Shown here: piece by piece, positions 1 to 12,835 of the stretch | How positions within the stretch are numbered: the first letter of the stretch is position 1 | How the letters are laid out: every line of letters starts with the position of its first letter | DNA from: Podarcis tiliguerta | Taxonomy: Eukaryota | Direction: 5' to 3' (one strand) | Assembly (NCBI GenBank): GCA_965153285.1 | Contig: OZ229117.1 | DNA length: 64,000 nucleotides | The notes under the pieces: generated by a model | The model's input: the letters and a program-made list of their open reading frames with translations, nothing else | Database searches by the model: none | What the model was told of the DNA's origin: nothing | Position numbers and translations under genes: made by a program

Positions 1-188
1 TATTTTAAGTACCTACCAATACCCAAGATGTATACTGTCACTATGGAAGGGGTGGTGGTGGCTGCCAGAATTTTGTTTGCAAATTAAAATACACTATAAG
101 TAAGGGACTTGTTTTCTCAGTTTACTCAACCCATGAAACAAATGTGGGCAGCTGAATATTGGGTAAGGTAGGGGTGGGGGGAACCTAC

Positions 189-346
189 CACCACAGGTTG
201 CAAATAAGCGATGAAGGTGCAGAACCGCCCTCGCTCCTCAATGAGTGCCTTGCGGACAGCCTGTTTCTCCGTTTCTTCCAAAAGAAGGTACATGTCATTG
301 ACATCTTGGAGTGCATTGTCCAGTTGAGGCTGCAGGTCCCCTTTAC
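189..346 (-). CDS. MTSS2: MTSS2 exon 8 (GKGDLQPQLDNALQDVNDMYLLLEETEKQAVRKALIEERGRFCTFIAYLQPVV), 158 nt
   Basis: Acceptor ttcttgcag, donor GTG|gtagg; phase 1 to 0; the gene continues beyond the left edge. Confidence 0.96.
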
Positions 347-3300
347 CTGCAAGAAGGACAGGGAGACAGAGACATCACCTCCTCTTCACCCACCAGCCCC
401 CAGGTCCAGCCTCAAAGCTCTGGCCTACTTCTGGAGGTAGCCCCTAAACAGATGTGGCGTCTCAAATCTGTATATTTCCTGACTATGGTGAAACTGGGTA
501 ACCTAAACTGGAGCACTGAGAGGTCCTCTAGGTAGAGAAAATGCCAGTCTAGAAACAAGCAAACCTTCCTAGATTTTACTGCTGCAAGTGATGTCTCCCG
601 ATATCTTCAGTGACTGGTGGTCTCTGCTGAATAAACACTACCTGGGCATAGAGCAGAGTCCAACCTGGTGTCACAGATTTCTATCAAAGAGCCTGTCATG
701 TCCTCAATAAATGGCAATTTCTCATCTTCTATTGTTCAGACACGAAATTAAATTCTGTTTAAACCAGTTTGTTTATAGCATGATGCAACCGTATCCAGAC
801 TTACTGAATAGCTCCCAAGAACCAAAAGCAACCATTTTGTGAGTCCTCTGACCTGTACGAGAGAAGTTTAAAATACTCAGAAGGTTGTGAAGAAACACAC
901 CCAAGTTGGTTTGCCAAACGCTATGAGGGGCTATTTTTTGTTCAATCTACAAGCTATTTTTGGAGCCTTTTTGCCTGAAGAGCAGGTTAAATGACTTTTT
1001 AAATAAGTAAACACTGGTCTTTGACCCTGTTGTCCAGGATTTGTCATTCTGATGAACTATGATGTTGGCTCTGAAGCTCTCAGTCCCTATTGTTATGATA
1101 GAGGGAAGCTCAGTTTCATGCTTGCTTAATTTTTATGGATGTTCACATGTGATAAAATCGATGATTTCAGACAAGTAGCACCATGACTGCATATATTGCA
1201 AAGGTCTATAAAAGTGTGAGGGCCACTGTTAATATCTGTGGCCGGCCCTCCAGGAGCCACTGAGCCTACATCAGCCCTGGTGACATTTCTGTCCATGTCT
1301 GCATTCCGAAAGCAGTGATATTGGCCAGATATGTCATATCACTGGTCACTGTGGAAAGCAACAAACTGTATTTATGTCTTTTCTGGTCTGCATGTTGTGC
1401 ACTGAATGCCTTATACTTTGTATACCGCTTTGGAATTTTTAAATATTAAGCAGCTTACAAGTAATTTAAACTCAATCTATCAATAATAACTACATTTGTA
1501 AACAGGGCTAAGCCAAAACCTTCATTGTTTTTCAGGATCATCTTCTGCATAACTTAACATGCCCACCATGCTATTTCAATATTGCTTGCAATAATGCCCA
1601 CCCCCTTCTCTTTGTACTGCCCTTCCTTGCCTACTCCCTCAACTGACTTCATTTGACTTCGCAGATGTCATCATGGAACCAAGCCTTATTTCACCCCATA
1701 GTCCCCAACTGCTACCAATTCATGAAGTAGTATGAGGCAATAAAGTGGGTGGAGGATGTCACAACTGTCCCCATCTCCACTCCAAGGAGCATCTCGCTCT
1801 TTTCCTTAAGCGCCTGTGTTGGCTCCCACCAAGGATGCAAGCTCTCCATCCCCTTCTCTTCACTTCCTATGAAATATTCCTCTTTTTGACCTCTTAGTCC
1901 AAGTTATCCTTTACCTCTGCCTTCTTCTCCCTACTCTGCCTTTGCAGCTTTGACTATGCCATTCTACAGCATCTGGAACAGCAGCCTCCTCACTCTCAAT
2001 CTCTGAAGTCACCTTCCTACCTTCTGGCCCATTGTGACCACTGCAAAGCACAATCGCTCCACCATTCCTGCTCCTCCTGTTACCACTCCCTCCACCTCCA
2101 TGATTCACACAAGTCCTTTGCCAAGCCTCTACTTTCTAGCCTGACTCTCTAGACCGGGAGAGGAGCCATCGTACTGCTAGCAATAACTAGATGTTACATG
2201 AGATGCAGGTTGTCCTTCTCATATAGGGTTGCAGGGAGAAGAAAGCCCCATTGGCCCACACAAGTCTGAAGGGGTCATGGTCAAAGCAGTGAGATGCCTT
2301 CTCCTGCTATGCAGAATTTTCATTTTCTGGGTATAGCAGTAAAATTGGGCAAGAGGCCCATGTTGGCTTCTGGCTCTTCAACTCTCCAAAGGTGGGCAGG
2401 TGTGTCTAGATCCATCCTTTTCTGCTTCTTTGAATTCACCCCACAGGCTTTTTTCAATTGCCCACTGGCAAGAGGAGTCCCAGCAGTTGGCCCAGCAGTA
2501 GATCTGTGTATCACTAGCCAGATACAGAGCACAGTGGTCCTTTGGCACTCCTAGAGTCACAGAGAGGGCTGCCCTGCACCCATGATGCACCTTGCCTTTC
2601 CCTCCTCCATCCCAGTTTGTGCTGGATTCATCACTCTCTCCTTCCCACACAAACCCATTCACAATTCCAACACTGTAATTCAAAAGCAGAAGTTCAAATT
2701 CATTCCAAGTTCAGACCTTAGTTTCACAGCGGTGCTGAAATTTGTGTGACTCAGTTGCTTGGAAGGCTGCGCTGTGAGAATCTGGGGTGGGGTGGGTGGG
2801 TATTGCTACTCATACAAATACTGAAGGACACACAAAGGGAGACACAGACACATGGACTTCAAAAGCTCTTTGGAAGCACAGACACCAAGAGAGCCCTTAG
2901 GATCAAGGCTCCCCTGGAGCTGTCCATGCTCACAACCACCCATTGATCACAGGCTATGCAAAACAGAGGTGCCAGCAAGCAATTCACAATGTGTGCAGAA
3001 CCAACCATGAAATGCTTGGCTTGATGGACAGCAATGAAGACCACCCTTGTGCAACCGCAGCCCTGCTGTCACTCAGATATGTTGCCTCCCACCACCACCA
3101 CCACCAGCCCACATGCAAAGAAGGTAAAGCAAGATGACTGAGCAGCCAGGCGGGTGGAAAACCAGTGTGGGGAGGAACAGGGAAGACTGGAAGAATGGCT
3201 GATTACTGAGAAAAAGTCAAGAAACAGCCAAGCTGTTGAGGCAGTGGGCCCCAGGATATTGGAGGGCTAAGGCTGAGATCCTGATGCTTGGGCTTGGCAG

Positions 3301-4046
3301 CCAAAAGACCCAGGGAAAAGGAGCTATAAAGTTGAGGGGAACCTGCAAGACCTATATAACGCTTGCTGAATTTAATAATGCTTGGGGAAAGCCAGAACTG
3401 GCCTTTTGAAAATGGAAGCCAAGGCACCAACCCACCCTTCTGATGAGCTGTTGCTGAAGGGTGCATTCTCTGTCCAATTCCACTTTTTAAAGTGGCTCTT
3501 TCCCCATCCCTAATCTCAAGGCTGTCACTCTCTGGGGCGGATCTGGGCCCAAGGTGGGTGGATCTCAGCATTTGCCCCAGAGCCATTCTGGAGCGGTGCA
3601 GCAGAGCCAGAGAAAGAGGAGTGTCCAGATGGGAATAATGAGGCCCTGTGGTGATGCTGATAAGGCCTGAAATGAAAGCCAACTTAAAAAGCGCCCACTG
3701 ACTATGTCTTGTTGCTTATGCCTTTGTGGTTCACGAGGGTGAGGATACTAAGAGGGATCATAGGGACGCTCTTGTGAGCGTCTCACAGCAAAAGACAAGA
3801 AGGCCTCCTCTTTGCTTTGGCCTAAGGGGGAAGGGATGGTTACTCCAACCTGCACCAATCATTTTAACCAGGCCTTTGGTCCCTAACTGAAAGCACCTGG
3901 GGCCCTTAAGTGCCCAGACAAAATGGTGGCACCCTGCTGCAGGTGGAAAATGTGGTCTCCCTCCGAAGGAGACCTAGCCACCTTCCAGGACAGCCTTCCC
4001 TGAAGCCGGTGCTCTCCAGTTGTTTTGGGTTACAAATCCCATAAGC

Positions 4047-4435
4047 CAGTGGTGTCCAAACTTTTTAAAAAGAGGTCATAGAATCATAGAATCATAGAGT
4101 TGGAAGAGACCACAAGGGCCATCGAGTCCAACCCCCTGCCAAGCAGGAAACACCATCAGAGCACTCCTGACATATGGTTGTCAAGCCTCTGCTTAAAGAC
4201 CTCCAAAGAAGGAGACTCCACCACACTCCCTGGCAGCAAATTCCACTGTCCAGATTTGATGAAGTGAAGGGCCATGGGGACTGACCAAAGGGCCAACCAA
4301 TGTTGCTGACCTTTTTAGGATTGAAGTTGTTGAGGGTTTTTTTAGGCTTTTACCCCAGGAAATAAACTGCCACAGGGGATGGATTAAACCGACCGGCGGG
4401 CCACAGGCCCCCGAAATGGACTTTGGACATACCTG
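4047..4435. mobile_element. Non-autonomous hAT element interrupted by a CR1
   Basis: Imperfect TIRs CAGTGGTGTCCAAA / CAGGTATGTCCAAA; perfect 8-bp TSD ccataagc (4039-4046, 4436-4443). Confidence 0.85.
4076..4250 (-). mobile_element. CR1 LINE 3' end, 5'-truncated
   Basis: (tcatagaa)n = reverse complement of the CR1 (TTCTATGA)n tail, followed by a typical CR1 3' UTR and ORF2 end. Confidence 0.85.
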
Positions 4436-4789
4436 CCATAAGCAATACCAAGGAGGATTTCCTCCAGAGAAGGCTGAGGAGTTGTGGTCCAAAACACCAG
4501 GATGGAGAAGATGGCCCCAGAGTGAGAGACTGAGCCAGTCTGGATCTGTGAGAATTCAAGCTGTTTTCCCATTTTGTGTTCAACTGATGAAATCAAAGTG
4601 TATGTGCTTTGTATGTGCCCTTTGTTTTCCCCCTTTTCAAAGTGGCAATAGGGCATATGAAGCAGCCTTGCACTGAGGCAGACCCCTGCCCAGAGGAGTG
4701 GCTCTGCAGGGTCTCAGGCAGGTGGAGAGGGTAGGATCCCTTCTTCCTCCTTCACATTGCTTGCTGCTACCCAACTGAACCCAATACAT

Positions 4790-4924
4790 CAGGCAGAGGC
4801 AAACTCAGCCTTCCAGATGTTTTAAGACTGCAATTCCCATCATCCCTGACTACTGGTCCTGTTAGCTGGGATGATGGGAGCTGTAGTCCCAAAACATCTG
4901 GAGGTCTGAGTATGCCTATGCCTG
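4790..4924. mobile_element. Palindromic hAT-type MITE (GGACTACAACTCCCATC family)
   Basis: CAGGCA...TGCCTG termini, internal inverted arms, TSD caatacat/caatacag (7 of 8 match). Confidence 0.8.
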
Positions 4925-5531
4925 CAATACAGTCTGTAAAATAACCCAGTTTTTTGCAGCCCCAGGAAGGTGGGAACTGAATGCAACTCTTCCAAATCAA
5001 ACTAAGGGTTTTCATGTATGCTAGGCTTCTTTTAAGACACACAGAACACTGTCTTTAGAAAACAGCTTCACAACAACCTTGTAAGGGAGCTCAGGCTGAA
5101 AGTTAGGGACTTTCCAAGGCCAAGAAAGGCCCAAGGCTGAAATGGTGAAACTATAGATAAATAAACCCGGCACACACCACATATTTTGACCTAAAAGGCC
5201 TCATAAGCCTCAGCCAGCAAGGCCAAGGGTTGGGGGTAGGAGTTGTACTCCACCAGCAAAATGGGGAGTGGGGGGTGGAGATTACTCTAAACAGAGGCAA
5301 GGATTTTGGCATCTCAGGTGCTTAGCTAGTTTGTGGATGGGCTAGTCTGGGGGTTGGATTAGTAGGGGAGGCGCACACCCATTTCCCATGGGGTCTTGCT
5401 TGCCAGCAGGCCAAAATAAGATGGCTTTGGAACAATCTCCCAAGTCTCCAATTTGGCCTGAGGTAAGCTGCTCTTCTTCAGCCTCAGCCTGGGCATCCGT
5501 AACATGGGGGGCAGTGATGCTGGCCTGCCTT

Positions 5532-5631
5532 AGAATAATGAAGCCACTTCGAACTTAGCATTTCCGTTCTTGCCATGTGGCAAGAATAATGAAGCCACTT
5601 TGAACTTAGCATTTCCGTTCTTGCCATGTGG
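5532..5631. repeat. Tandem duplication of 49 bp (period 51)
   Basis: Copies at 5532-5580 and 5583-5631 differ by one C/T at a CpG. Confidence 0.95.
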
Positions 5632-5931
5632 TCTGTTGGCACCTTACACCTCAGGTTCCTGTGTTCATCACAGAGCAAGGACCACCTCCTCTCTGCCTCC
5701 AGCAAAGCTGGGCTGAGCCTCAGGCGGCCCCATCAGCTTAAGCTGCTCCCAACCCTCAATGCACCACTTGCGTCAGCATGGCCTCCGGAGGTTTCATTTC
5801 ATTTCAAGCCCAACCGAAACAGAGTGGAGGGAGGGAGGGAGGGAGGAGAGGATTACAGGTAGTGAAGCCAAGAGCGTGGAGGAAGGGTGAGGGATGCCTG
5901 GATGAAGCTGAGATGGCAACGTTTGACTTAC

Positions 5932-5940
5932 CAAGTAGCT
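5932..5940 (-). CDS. MTSS2: MTSS2 9-nt microexon (AGCTACTTG; adds ELL)
   Basis: About 60-nt pyrimidine tract, then cctgtag|AGCTACTTG|gtaagt; gives KKARK-ELL-GKGDLQ, as I recall for human MTSS2. Confidence 0.92.
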
Positions 5941-7537
5941 CTACAGGAAGGATGTGGAAAGGAGGGAAGAGAAAAGAGAGAGGGAGGAAGAGAGAAAGAA
6001 GAATGTGTGAAAGACAGGCTGATGTATAGAGCCATCTTCTCACCCGGAACAGGACCCCACAGAACCACCACCCAACTCAGCCACATCACCAGGGACACAA
6101 CTGCCCTCCCGCCATAAAATGACAGCAGGGGACAGCTGCGTCTGGTCAGGTCTTCTCCACTGGCACAAGGAGCAAAAGTGGGAGCCACAGGACTCTGGTA
6201 ACCTCCCCCAGGTGGGGGGCAGTGGCAGGTCCAGGGGTGGGGTGGGGATTCCCCAAGGCAGAATGCAAATGCCCCAGACCCAAGCCAAATGCCCCAGGTC
6301 CCCAATCCACCTTGCATGGAGCAGCCAAACAGAAGGCACAGAGACATTTGAACCCTGCACCTTGTATTTCCCAAGGAGTTATTGGTGACCACATGCACAC
6401 GCAACATCTGGTTTGGGCCTCAGAGGGTCCGCTGCAGGAGCCAGGAAGACCCCTCTCAATACCTAGAAGGACTGAGAATGGTATGAGACGCCACACTGAG
6501 AACACCAACACAGTTCTCTTCCCATGATAGAGTGTGTGCATAAAGGGGAGAGAGTGGCACTTTGATAGGCAATTATCACTGAGGCCCCCCCCCCCCCCCC
6601 GTTTGCAGTCAGCACCAGCATACACACATGGTAACTTCAAGGAGCAACAACTTGGATCAACACACTGACCTGATTTTAGGGCAATAAGAACTTAGCAAGG
6701 CTCTGAAAGCAACCCTCCCCTGGCAATCGTGTGTTCACAAGATGGGAAGGCAAACCAAAAGTGCGGAAACTTAAAGCACCGGCTGTACAACGCCCCCTGC
6801 AGAAACTGCCACTCTCACCCAGACCCATTCAGACACACAAGCGAACCAGAGGCAGGCAAGCTCCCTTCTCCCCTTGGAATCTGCTACCACAGCTCTGCTG
6901 TCGGCTGGGCCTTCTTTCTCCTTGGGGGTTATAATGCCTCGCAGTTTTGAAGAGGATCAATAGCTGAGAGGCATGCACTTAAAACAAATAAATCCAAGAT
7001 TCCTGAACTGAGAAAAGGTGAATGCTGTGAGCCTAATCAGCAGACCTCTCACTCGGCCATCTCCTCTGGTTTCTGAGGCCTCAGCCAGCATTGCCCACCC
7101 ACACTGTCAAGCCACAGGGGCCAGAAACTTGCTTTAACACGCCCCCCCCCCTAAATTCAGGAAGCTGAATTCAAGACTTAATTCTCTTTTCTGTCACTGC
7201 CTAACACAAAGCTCCATCTCACCTGCAAAGCATACAACCCAGTAAGGGATTTGGAGAGCCTCTGGGCCCCAGGACATTATGCCGCAAGGAGGCCTCCACC
7301 CTAGTTTAACCAGGATCTTACACTGCAATGCATTTAACTGAAGAATTAAACCAAGGTCCTTGCTCCATCCATGCCATTACCTGTGCAGGGAAACGTTCAC
7401 CGCTAAGGCAGAAGCAATTTAGTTTATCCAAGGGCAGCCCAGCAAATCCAGTCCCCCTCTTCAATCAGGGGTTGGAGGCCAACATCACTAGCCAAACTGA
7501 GCTGCCCTTTGGCCAGAAACACCCTGGCAGATCTTAC

Positions 7538-7612
7538 CTTTGCGGGCTTTCTTCTGAAGCTTGAGTGTGTCAGAGGACTTCTTCTTTATCTCATGGCGGG
7601 CTCGTTTGTATT
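7538..7612 (-). CDS. MTSS2: MTSS2 exon 6 (EYKRARHEIKKKSSDTLKLQKKARK), 75 nt
   Basis: Acceptor ctccttag, donor AAG|gtaaga; phase 1 to 1; basic patch of the I-BAR domain. Confidence 0.97.
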
Positions 7613-7842
7613 CTAAGGAGACAGGAATCGGGAGACACGAGGCATGATTCCAAGTGATAAGAAGGCAAACAGCTTGGCAGGTGGACCCCGAGGTCCCCCA
7701 CATGGCGTGGGCAGACAAGGGAGGCCACTGCTCTCTATGGGGCTCAACTCCTGGCTTTCATCTCCTCCCACCCTAAGCCCCACAGTCACATCCTTGCCAC
7801 AGCTTTCCTCTGAGCATTAGACACTGCCTCCTGCCCTTTTAC

Positions 7843-7934
7843 CTTTTGCGTGATCTTTGTCAAGCTGGTTAGCCGTCTTCTTCCAGTCCTCTATCCGATC
7901 TTGCAGGGGGTTAATCAGGCTCTCCATCAGGGCG
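7843..7934 (-). CDS. MTSS2: MTSS2 exon 5 (ALMESLINPLQDRIEDWKKTANQLDKDHAK), 92 nt
   Basis: Acceptor cctgcag, donor G|gtaaa; phase 2 to 1. Confidence 0.97.
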
Positions 7935-8246
7935 CTGCAGGAGGGGGGAAGGCACCCAGAGAGAGGCGGGTTAGCAGGGCCAAGGGATGTGGAGAAGGGT
8001 TTGCAACGAAATCCCCATAAATGTGCCAAGGTGATCCAAATGGCTCAATAACTCATTCTCTGGACTAGAGTATGGAAGTGGCTCGAGTTTCTAAAACCCT
8101 GAGCCTCCTTCTGCATGTCTTGCCTAGTTCAGCACCTCCCCAATCCCGTTTTCAAGGCCACTGAGCCTCTCCCTCTTCTTCGGAAAGGGAGCCTGGGGCT
8201 GGCCCACACACATGACAAGCACGCGAGTCTAACGAAAGGCACTTAC

Positions 8247-8331
8247 TTGGTAAACTGCCTCAGCTTGGTCTCAATACTGCGGTGCCGCATACACATCCGG
8301 GTTAGTGCGGAGCCGATGTCCCTCGTGGCTC
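8247..8331 (-). CDS. MTSS2: MTSS2 exon 4 (GATRDIGSALTRMCMRHRSIETKLRQFTN), 85 nt
   Basis: Acceptor tcacctcag, donor AA|gtaagt; phase 1 to 2. Confidence 0.97.
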
Positions 8332-11300
8332 CTGAGGTGAAAAACCAGCCCTCATGTTAATGGACAACAGTCAAGAGGTACTGCAGAAAAATTCAATACG
8401 AAATTTCTTTTCTTTCCTTCTCTCTTGTTCAGTCAGAGAGAAAGAAAATGGAGAGGGCAAGGAATTGAGATGTCACCACAGGCTGAAGGAAAGCCTGACA
8501 TTGGGGCTGGGTGAGGGAGTGAGATCACAGGGGCTGGGAAACTGAGTTGCCTGAGAGTCTGAGGAAGGAGCACCTTGTTTCAGAAATAGCAAAGCAGAGC
8601 TATCAGGGTTCTCTCCTGACTTTCCTCCTGAGGGGGCATACAGAAAGGCATCATATGTTACTCTCACAAGAGCCCTGCAAGTTTCTTCAGCCTCTACTTG
8701 AGACTCAGTTCCTCCTCTCTGGACATCCATTTTCCCTCAGAGAAGAGCAGGGATCTCCTGAACACTGTCCCAGGTCTGGCTTTCTATCCAGTCTCCTCAG
8801 AAGTCAGAATAACAGAAGCTCTTATGAAACATTACTTTGGGGCAACATCTTCCCCTCCAGGATTTCACAGGTGAAAATGGACTCTCCAATGGGCTTGTAA
8901 CACTCCCCGCACCCAATTCATCTCACAAACCCTTCTTCTCCTTGCCAAAGGTTGTTCCAGGATTCCATTCATGCTAGAGTGACTCACTTGGCAGTAGCCT
9001 ATCTTACCCAAATTAGAAAAATGTTCACAAGAGTTTCCATTAAAAAGAGAGGATTTTTTCCTCTTACATAGTGGAGCTAGAAGCTGTGTTTGCAACTTAA
9101 AGAGCATCAGAAGGATCCTTCCAAACTGGGAGATTAGGAAACAAATGCATTTTGATGTAAGAAGGTGTGTGGAGGGGAATGCATTTGGGGCACACACCCC
9201 AACTTCACCCATAAATACACCATGATGAGGTCTGAGCTGCATTGTAGTGTTGTAACCTTTCTGCAAAGTGGGGTTGATTAGTCCAGCCCCTTTGATAATT
9301 TTGGTTGCTCCTTTCTGCCTTTTCCTCTTGTAACTCCTTTGAGTTAAAGGCTATCACTATCAAAGGCTAACAATTGGCTCCAAGTCTAGATTGAGGGCCC
9401 TGCCTGATGGAGAACAGAGCAATTCAGATTTTGTCCATTGGGGGTAGCAATAACCACACTGACACTGACCTCTCTCTCTCTCTCTGCGCCTTGAACATGA
9501 GGATATGAATGGATGGAACAGTCTTTCATAGGAACCGCCCATCAAACTGCATCCCTCACAAAGCATGGATTATGGGGCATTCTGCTGCTTGATGGAGAGA
9601 AAAATGCCCACATACACTAATTCACATGGAAGCCCAATCAACTGAGAAGTTATCTAGTGCAAGCCTCATTGAAATGACCATGGACATGCATTTTAGGGGC
9701 CTTTACACAAGATGAGATAGCACCCTGTGGGTCGCAGCTAAATGCCCTTGATAGCACCAGAAACTAACAGCCAGAGGTGATTTCGGTCTCTTTCTGCTCA
9801 TTTCCATTTCAACTTGCTCCTGGTCACATGTGCCGTAATTGCTGTGAGTGCTCCAGTTGGTGAACAGCCTCTACTAAAGGTGTCATTGACCTCAAAGAAG
9901 CACGAACTCAGGACGAAAGGGAGAAACGGGCTAAGAGGGAGGCAGCTTTGACAAATCCTCACCATGATCAACTCCCACCCAGAAACCTATGTCCCCACTG
10001 TGGAAGGACGTGTGGATCCAGAATTGGCCTCCACAGTCACTTACGGACTCACTGTTAAGACCTTGGTCATGGAAGACAATCTTACTTGGCTATGAGTGAT
10101 CACCAAAGAGGAAGAAGAATTGCTGCTCTAGAGGAGCCTTCTCCAATCTGTTGCTCCCCATATGTTTTGGACTACAATAGCTGTGCTGACTGGGGCTGTT
10201 GGGAACTTCCCAAAACATGAATGGCACCAACTTGGCAAAGGTGGCTCCAGGATCTAGACTACCTTCTGTTTTCCTTGAGATATACTTAAAAAGTGCCCCC
10301 GAAGGATGTGTCTTCCTCTCAATCCTGCCTTTTAAGCACTTCCTAGGAAGAACACATTGCGTACTCCCACAACACTGAAGCAGAATGACTGTGAAAGATT
10401 AATGAGGCAAAGGCACGCAATCGTGCCAGGAAAGACGAATGCACAGAAATCACACGTCAGAGGAACCCAGTGTCACCTGGGAATGGCAGATCCACCCCTC
10501 AAAGGTACTGGGAGGGAGGAAGTTAAGAGTGGATGCAACAGACCATGATCAACTCAGCCGGCATGATGAATCCAGGTTAATGAGGGATCTGCACGCACAC
10601 CAGTATGCAGCACTGTGCGAGCTGCAGAGAGAAATTTGCCCCTCTTCAAAGCAGAATATAAGGCATTGCAAAACAGTTCACCTTCTGCTGGCCAGCCTGA
10701 GCCGGCCAGGAAGTGGCAAAAGTTGTAGGGAGTCTCCAAGACACAGCCTTCAGGAAGGGATCTTTGGAGGCTGCCCCAGAGCACTGGACATGCATTCTCT
10801 AACCCTACTCCTTAAAACAGCCCTTTAAAGCAGGCCAGCCACCACACTGTTTGGAAATACATCTTTCATCCAGCTCTGGGTGAGGCACCTGATGCTCATT
10901 CAGTCCATGAGTTGGCCTGACCTGTCAGCTACCACTTGGGGGGGGGGGGAGGGAATGGGACAAGCTGCAAAGTTTTTAATCAAACAGAGATTAATCAATT
11001 TTAAACTTTTGATCAAAAAGGTGCTCTTAAAGGTAGGGTACCTGTGAGGGCCAGTGACCCAGTTCCTTTTACGAGTCTTGGATTACTAGGCAATGATTTG
11101 CCAAGTGGCCTTGCTCAATGCTAAGCATGATCACTGCGCTTTAGTCATCTCTCTCATACATTCCAAGAGCCCAAGACCATTTCCTTCTTGACCTCAGATG
11201 AGGCCAGCTAATTCTCCGCAAGTCTGCTTGTGCTCATGGTTCTGGTCCTGCAGTCTGTTGAGCCTGACCTTCCAGAGCAACACTCTTTACTGTTGGGGAA

Positions 11301-12804
11301 TCAGAAGGTGACATTGTTGTGATTGACCCTCTGTTGCTTTTTGGAATTTGCTCCCAACCATGGAGGGTGGAAAGACACCAGCACTACCTCCATAACAGTG
11401 GTGCACTTCACACACCCCTTCTTACTGGGGGTGGGGGGTCATCCTGGCTCCAGAGCCACCGCTGTGCAGCTGCAGCAATAGACAGAGGAGGATGACTCAC
11501 TTCCTTTGCTTGTTTCCTTAGTTTGCTGAACGGGGCTTCTGCTGCAGATCACAGCCATTGACAGGGAGAAATCATTTCCTCCTGTTCCCCCTTTCCTGGT
11601 TCTGACCAGGAGTGCTGCTTCCTCTTAAGAGTTGCTCCCTCTTGGCCAAGACATTTTATTTTACCCCCAGCCCCCAACCCTATGGCTGTAATCACTTGAC
11701 ACAAAATACATCCTCAGTATCTCTTTCAGAAAAAAATATCCCAGCATTTTCTGCATACGTTGAGATCTTGTGGTTCACATTCTGAATTGCACTTGGCAAC
11801 TTCACTAGCAACACCCCCCCCCGAGCAATGTCCACACATGTGCAATCAGAGCAACCCCCCAGTTTCCCTTGTCCTCTTCCGCCACCCCACTAACAACTCA
11901 GGTGATAAAACCATGCAGTCCCAGAGGTCCTTCTGCCTCTTTCCAGAGACCGCCTGGGGAATTTTGTTGCCATAAACACAAAAGTGAATATGATGCAGCA
12001 CCTCCTACTCACCCATCCATCAACTTTCTTGGACAACAGCGAAACATTAAAGAGGAAAGACAGACAAGAAAATTTAAATTGGGGTGGGGGTGGGGAGTCA
12101 ATGCATTCAAAAGTCGTCAGTGTCAAGATGGGAGGGCCGGGCCAAGTTGATTTTTTTCTCTCCTTCAGTTATTGAGCTCAAATTCGGCTACTTACTGGGG
12201 CTGGAAGCTTGGAGCTTCAATAGCTGTGGTGTGTTTCTGAGACCATTTAGTGCACTGGTGCTGACATGTAAAGCCTTGCTCTGCTTAGAAGCTGGTACCT
12301 GAAGAACTGCCTGCTACCACATCCCTTGGTGGGAAGGTGCCTCTCCTGCCTGTGATTGTTTTGCACTTCAGTGTTTTCGCCTTCCTTTGAGTTGTGAGCT
12401 GAATAATATTGTGATCACTTCCAGCTCCAGGACACCTTATGTTTGCAATTATTTATACCTTGCCTTTCCAAGGGAGCTTATACACATCTGTTAGAATAGC
12501 ACCGAGGACAAAATATGAACTAAAACAGGCTAAAATGCAACAAGCAAATAGCTTCATTTCCTTCACTTGTGCACCCCAGAGTGGTTGACATAATAAAAGC
12601 CATAAAACACAGTCATAAGCAAATGAGTCCACAAACACAACTAAAAGCAAAACATAACCAGCACTAATAACCAGTTAAAGCCAAAAACCTGTCCTTAATG
12701 GTGTCCCACTAGAGTAATAGGGTAGCTTTCACTTGGCCCTGAAGGAGAAAAAACTGGGCAGTGCATGATCCCCCACTGCATCGCTACCCTGCAATGGGAG
12801 TGGA

Positions 12805-12832
<28 letters not shown>
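12805..12832. repeat. (GT)n microsatellite
   Basis: Read directly. Confidence 0.95.

Positions 12833-12835
<3 letters not shown>

Noticed and set aside
5532-5631. CRISPR-like direct repeats
   Set aside because: Two copies with a 2-bp gap and no spacers, in a vertebrate intron.
6585-6600. Long C/G homopolymers (also near 10938, 20370, 26845 and 49608)
   Set aside because: Common in this type of genome; lengths are unreliable in assemblies.
7216-7232. ttgcag|gtgag zero-length or recursive-like site
   Set aside because: The intron is short and the pyrimidine tract weak; likely chance.
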